Position numbers and translations under genes: made by a program | Notes under the pieces: generated by a model | Databases searched by the model: none | What the model was told of the DNA's origin: nothing | The model's input: only the letters and a program-made list of their open reading frames with translations | Shown: in pieces, positions 60,079 through 64,000 of the stretch | Numbering within the stretch: position 1 is the stretch's first letter | How the letters are laid out: every line of letters begins with the position of its first letter | DNA from: Candidatus Altiarchaeales archaeon | GTDB lineage: Archaea > Altiarchaeota > Altiarchaeia > IMC4 > SCGC-AAA252-I15 | Assembly (NCBI GenBank): GCA_014727915.1 | Contig: WJMO01000005.1 | Location: 32,001-96,000 of the forward strand | Length of the DNA stretch: 64,000 nt | Direction of reading: 5' to 3'

Positions 60079-61043
60079 TGATAATGGCTGAAGAAGACAA
60101 GCCCAAGGGCGAAGAGGAGAAGAAGTTGGCTGAGAAGCCTAAAACCGGTGAGAAGCCCAAGACGGTGGATAAGGCTGAGGCTAAGCCAAAGGATAAGGAA
60201 GCTAGACCGGAGAAGAAGCCTGAGGAGAAGAAGCCTGAGGAGAAGAAGCCCGAAGCCAAGCCTAGGTCTGAAGCTTCTGAGAAAACGGCTGCCGGCAGGG
60301 ATTCCAGGGATTCCAGTCGTGGAGGACGGCCTAGAGAGCGCAGGTTCCCACCACGTGACGACGAGGAAGTCAAAGTCTGGAAGCCCAAGACAAAACTGGG
60401 TTGGAAGGTCCACAACGGCGAGATCACCTCGATGCACGAGGTCATGCAACAGTCCTCGCCGATAAAGGAGGTGGAGATAATAGACAAGCTGCTACCCGAA
60501 CTCCAGGAGGAGATACTCGACGTCGGCCGGGTCCAGAGGGTCACAGACTCCGGTAGGAGGATGAGATTCAGGATAGTCGCCGCCGTAGGTAACAGGGACG
60601 GGTACTTCGGCGTAGGCGAGTCAAAGGGGAAGGAAGCAGGCCCCACCATAAGGAAGAGCATAGAGCGCGCCAAGCTCAACATCAAAGAAGTCAAGAGGGG
60701 CTGCGGAAGCTGGGAGTGCGGATGCGGCAACCCACACACGGTCCCGTTCCTCGTGTCCGGGAAGGAAGGCAGCGTCAACGTCACCTTAAGACCCGCGCCA
60801 CGTGGCGTTGGGATAGTCAGCGGCGAGCTGGCCAAGACCATACTCTCACTCGCAGGCATAAAGGACGTTTGGGTCAGCACCAAAGGTCACACGCGAACCG
60901 GGATAAACTTCGCGCGTGCTGTGATCAACGCGTTGGAGAATACCAACTACGTCAAGATAAAGGAAGGAGACAACGAATGCCTCAACATAGTGGCTGGGCA
61001 GTCCAAGCAGCCCGAACCCGTTGTTGAAGAGGTACAGTCATGA
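60078..61043 (+). CDS. rps5: 30S ribosomal protein S5 with charged N-terminal extension
   Basis: WKPKTKLG, QRVTDSGRR, RGCGSWECGC, PAPRGVG; exact start uncertain. Confidence 0.96.
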   Translation: MIMAEEDKPKGEEEKKLAEKPKTGEKPKTVDKAEAKPKDKEARPEKKPEEKKPEEKKPEAKPRSEASEKTAAGRDSRDSSRGGRPRERRFPPRDDEEVKVWKPKTKLGWKVHNGEITSMHEVMQQSSPIKEVEIIDKLLPELQEEILDVGRVQRVTDSGRRMRFRIVAAVGNRDGYFGVGESKGKEAGPTIRKSIERAKLNIKEVKRGCGSWECGCGNPHTVPFLVSGKEGSVNVTLRPAPRGVGIVSGELAKTILSLAGIKDVWVSTKGHTRTGINFARAVINALENTNYVKIKEGDNECLNIVAGQSKQPEPVVEEVQS

Positions 61044-61516
61044 GCGGATCACTGGTAATCGTCAGGGTGCGGGGCAGAACCCACATAAAGGCCAACATAG
61101 AGGACACTATGAAAATGCTCTCCATAACCCGGAAGAACCACTGCACCATCGTCCCTGACAACCCCGAATACAGGGGGATGGTGACGAAAGCCAACGACTA
61201 CATCGCATGGGGCGAGGCGGACGAGAAGACCACAGCCAAACTACTAAGCGAAAGGGGAAAGGTCGAAGGCGGGAAAAAGCTCTCAGACTCGCATGTCAAG
61301 GATAACAGCAGCTTCACAGACATCAAATCCTTCGCGAAGGCCGTGTCAGCCGGCGAAGCCAAGCTCAAGGACGTCAAAGGATTGAAGCCCTTGTTCAGGC
61401 TTAACCCTCCTAAGAAGGGGTTCGAGCGCAAGGGCATAAAAAAACCCTACTCTGTGGGCGGAGCCCTCGGATACAGGGGCGAAAAGATAAGCGAACTGAT
61501 AGGGAGGATGATGTGA
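61040..61516 (+). CDS. rpl30: 50S ribosomal protein L30
   Basis: IVRVRG, DYIAWGE, FRLNPPKKG, GALGYRG. Confidence 0.96.
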   Translation: MSGSLVIVRVRGRTHIKANIEDTMKMLSITRKNHCTIVPDNPEYRGMVTKANDYIAWGEADEKTTAKLLSERGKVEGGKKLSDSHVKDNSSFTDIKSFAKAVSAGEAKLKDVKGLKPLFRLNPPKKGFERKGIKKPYSVGGALGYRGEKISELIGRMM

Positions 61517-62019
61517 TGGCCCACGGATCTCGCAAGACCAACAGGCTGAGGGGCAGCAGGACCCACGGATACGGCAACGCCCAAAAGCACAGGGGAGCCG
61601 GTAGCAGGGGCGGCCGGGGAATGTCAGGCAGCAAGAAGCAGAAGTGGGCTCGCATATCCAAGAACATGAAAGGATACTTCGGTAAGAAGGGTTTCAAAAG
61701 GCATAAGACCACAGTGGAAGACGTTAAGACCATGAACGTGGGCTACCTCTCGGACCACATAGGCAGATTGGTCTCAGAGGGCGCTGCGACAGAGTCCAAG
61801 GGAGCCTACACTATAGACCTTGCCGCGTCAGGCATAGGCAAGCTATTGGGCGCGGGCAAAGTCGAATCCAAACTCAATATCACAGTCAACAGCTGCTCTC
61901 CCCGGGCGAGGGAGAAGATAGAGGCAGCCGGAGGGACCGTTGAGGTCCAGAAGGCCGAGGACGAATTCCTGGAAGCCCAGTCAGGGGAAGAAGCTGAAGA
62001 CAGTGAATCCGGTGAGTAA
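61516..62019 (+). CDS. rpl15: 50S ribosomal protein L15
   Basis: RGSRTHGYG, RGAGSRGGRG, KLLGAG, KIEAAGG. Confidence 0.96.
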   Translation: MAHGSRKTNRLRGSRTHGYGNAQKHRGAGSRGGRGMSGSKKQKWARISKNMKGYFGKKGFKRHKTTVEDVKTMNVGYLSDHIGRLVSEGAATESKGAYTIDLAASGIGKLLGAGKVESKLNITVNSCSPRAREKIEAAGGTVEVQKAEDEFLEAQSGEEAEDSESGE

Positions 62020-63414
62020 ATGAATCTAGAGTTCGTCAGACCGTTCCTCAGGTTCCTCCCTGAGATAAAGATACCAGCGGGTAAGGTTCCGTTCAAGGAG
62101 AAGCTGATATGGACGTCGGTCGTCCTCATATTGTTCTACATAATGGGCAACATCTACCCATATGGGGTCACCCGCGAGAGCCTTTCAGAACACATAAGCG
62201 GTTTCGAGCAGATGACCATGATATTCGCCAGCAGCATCGGCTCGCTAACATCCGTCGGAATAGGCCCCATCGTAACTGCGTCTATCATACTTCAGCTGCT
62301 CACAGGCGCGGAGATGATAGACGTCGACCTGAAGACAAAGGAGGGCAAGGCTCTGTTCCAAGGCGCCCAGAAGATACTCACCATATTGATAGCTTTCTTC
62401 GAAGCTGGCGCGCTGGTCGTCGCGACCAACATGGTCGAAGGCACCGGCTTGATAGCTTTCACAGTATTCCAGATAGCCTTAGGCTCCATATTGCTGATGT
62501 ACATGGACGAGATCGTGTCAAAGTGGGGCATCGGCTCCGGGATATCATTGTTCATCGCAGGCGGGGTATCCCAGACGATAATAACCGGCTCGTTCAACCC
62601 GCTGAAGGGCGTCGGAGGTTTGAGGTTCGCAGGATACCTACCCAACTTCGTCGACCAGATGATATCAGGAAGCATGAACATAGCGTTGATAGCTCCCCTG
62701 ATAGCCACTGTGATCGTTTTCATAATAGTCGTCTACGGAGAGTCCATGCGGCTTGAGATACCCCTCGCCCACGGAGGCGTCCGAGGCGTCGGAGGCAGGT
62801 TCCCGCTGAAGTTCTTCTACGTCAGCAACATACCCGTCATATTGGCCGCCGCCCTGCTGATGAACGTCCGCATGTGGACCAGCTTCGTCGGAGTCGACAT
62901 ACAGTCGGGGATGGTGCCTGAGAACATGACAGTCTTCCAGAACATAATCTACACCATCGCCAACTACATCACCATGGGCAACCTTTACGGGATACTCCAG
63001 CCAGGCAACTGGCACATGCTATCGGACATATCCATATTCATCCACCTGCTCATATACATAGTGGTATTCTGCGCCCTCTGCGTCTTGTTCGGGCAGTTCT
63101 GGGTGCAGACGACCGGCTTGGACAGCGAGAGCGTAGCCAAGCAGATACAGGAGTATGGGATGCAGATACCAGGTTACCGGAGGGACAAGCGCATAGTAAA
63201 GAACGTCCTCGACCGTTACATACCTCAGATAACCATAATTAGCAGCGTGGCCGTTGGGTTGGTGGCGGCCGTAGCAGACCTAATGGGCGCCCTAGGCTCC
63301 GGCACCGGCATACTCCTGACTGTGGGCATCATCTACAGGCTCTACGAGGAGATCAGGCGGGAGCAGATGGCTGACATGAGCCCCATGTTCCGCAGGTTCA
63401 TGGGCAAGGCATAA
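62020..63414 (+). CDS. secY: preprotein translocase subunit SecY
   Basis: GIGPIVTASIILQLL, SKWGIGSGISLFI, YVSNIPVIL, GSGTGILL. Confidence 0.98.
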   Translation: MNLEFVRPFLRFLPEIKIPAGKVPFKEKLIWTSVVLILFYIMGNIYPYGVTRESLSEHISGFEQMTMIFASSIGSLTSVGIGPIVTASIILQLLTGAEMIDVDLKTKEGKALFQGAQKILTILIAFFEAGALVVATNMVEGTGLIAFTVFQIALGSILLMYMDEIVSKWGIGSGISLFIAGGVSQTIITGSFNPLKGVGGLRFAGYLPNFVDQMISGSMNIALIAPLIATVIVFIIVVYGESMRLEIPLAHGGVRGVGGRFPLKFFYVSNIPVILAAALLMNVRMWTSFVGVDIQSGMVPENMTVFQNIIYTIANYITMGNLYGILQPGNWHMLSDISIFIHLLIYIVVFCALCVLFGQFWVQTTGLDSESVAKQIQEYGMQIPGYRRDKRIVKNVLDRYIPQITIISSVAVGLVAAVADLMGALGSGTGILLTVGIIYRLYEEIRREQMADMSPMFRRFMGKA

Positions 63415-63450
63415 AACCGTTTTATTTCCCTCCTCCCACAATCATTTACC

Positions 63451-64000
63451 ATGAGGTGGGCAGTTTTAGCTATTGTTCTCGTGATTGTGGGTTCCGGATG
63501 CTTTCTGCCCCGTCCTGGCGAGGGCAGGCCCGGCTGGTGGGTTGCCATCGCCAGAGAGCCCACCACCACAACCACCACGGAGACAACAGCTACCACGACC
63601 ACTCTGAGGCTGCATGTCCCGATCCGCCCGGACGTTGGGTTGACCACTACGTCAACGACCACCACTACCACCACATCAACCACCTCCACCACCACAACGA
63701 CTTCCACCACGACCACTGCGACAATCGTGTTGAAGAGGCGCGAGTACCTAGAGAAGGACGGGATGAGCTTCTACCTGGATGATGTGACGACAGTCGATGA
63801 TGTGAACGTAATAACCCTCGACTATAACACCACCGACGGCAGATGGGAGTCAGTCACGTTCACCAACTCCACGATGATAGACAGGATGGAGGCGACCGTG
63901 GTCGGATACGGGCCGGAACTCACGGTCACACTGCACCTCCAGGACAACAAGTACCTCATAGAGAACACTCCAAAGGACGGGGAAGCCTTCGTTGTCGGTA
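63451..64000 (+). CDS. Thr-rich putative surface lipoprotein, partial (runs off the right edge)
   Basis: Not in the ORF track. My translation: MRWAVLAIVLVIVGSGCFLP...TTTTTTETT...TTSTTTTTTTSTT...; lipobox-like SGC; open to the window end. Confidence 0.75.
   Translation, partial: MRWAVLAIVLVIVGSGCFLPRPGEGRPGWWVAIAREPTTTTTTETTATTTTLRLHVPIRPDVGLTTTSTTTTTTTSTTSTTTTTSTTTTATIVLKRREYLEKDGMSFYLDDVTTVDDVNVITLDYNTTDGRWESVTFTNSTMIDRMEATVVGYGPELTVTLHLQDNKYLIENTPKDGEAFVVG

Noticed and set aside
63560-63720. ACC-rich tandem-like sequence as CRISPR or satellite
   Set aside because: It encodes a poly-Thr stalk; there is no repeat-spacer periodicity.

Overview
Archaeal chromosomal segment, GC-rich in coding regions with short AT-rich intergenic TATA-like promoters. 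Split rpoB and rpoA, e-type ribosomal proteins, aIF2, Nop10, Trm56 and Spt4 establish the domain; a DPANN/Altiarchaeota-like origin is only an inference. The backbone consists of conserved informational clusters: rps6e-aIF2g-PIN//rpoE1-spt4-DUF359-rps24e-rps27ae; aIF2a-nop10-PAC2; rpoH-B''-B'-A'-A''-rpl30e-nusA//rps12; and rps8 to secY. There is also a metal/redox cluster (DUF134, NifB/X, ferredoxin-ATPases, FeoB, DtxR) and one tRNA-Arg(TCG). The most notable material is a dispersed, apparently resident type-IV-secretion-like surface system. It comprises a VirB2/TrbC-like pilin (1.0-1.35 kb), a 1443-aa extended VirB6/TrbL-like protein with glycine zippers and an HhH-like motif, and a 2241-aa anchored protein with about 120 Cys and a degenerate M23 domain. 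It also appears to include a 4-gene antisense insert (9.1-14.1 kb) whose products share an unrecognised N-terminal domain. A ~90-aa repeat present three times in one insert protein recurs in the VirB6-like protein, linking the two loci. Other observations are a candidate structured ncRNA at 43.8 kb, a GU-rich leader hairpin before rps12, an unusual rps12-rps8 junction and two operator-like palindromes. No CRISPR array, rRNA, integrase or transposase was seen. All family calls are from motif recognition by eye; no searches were run.
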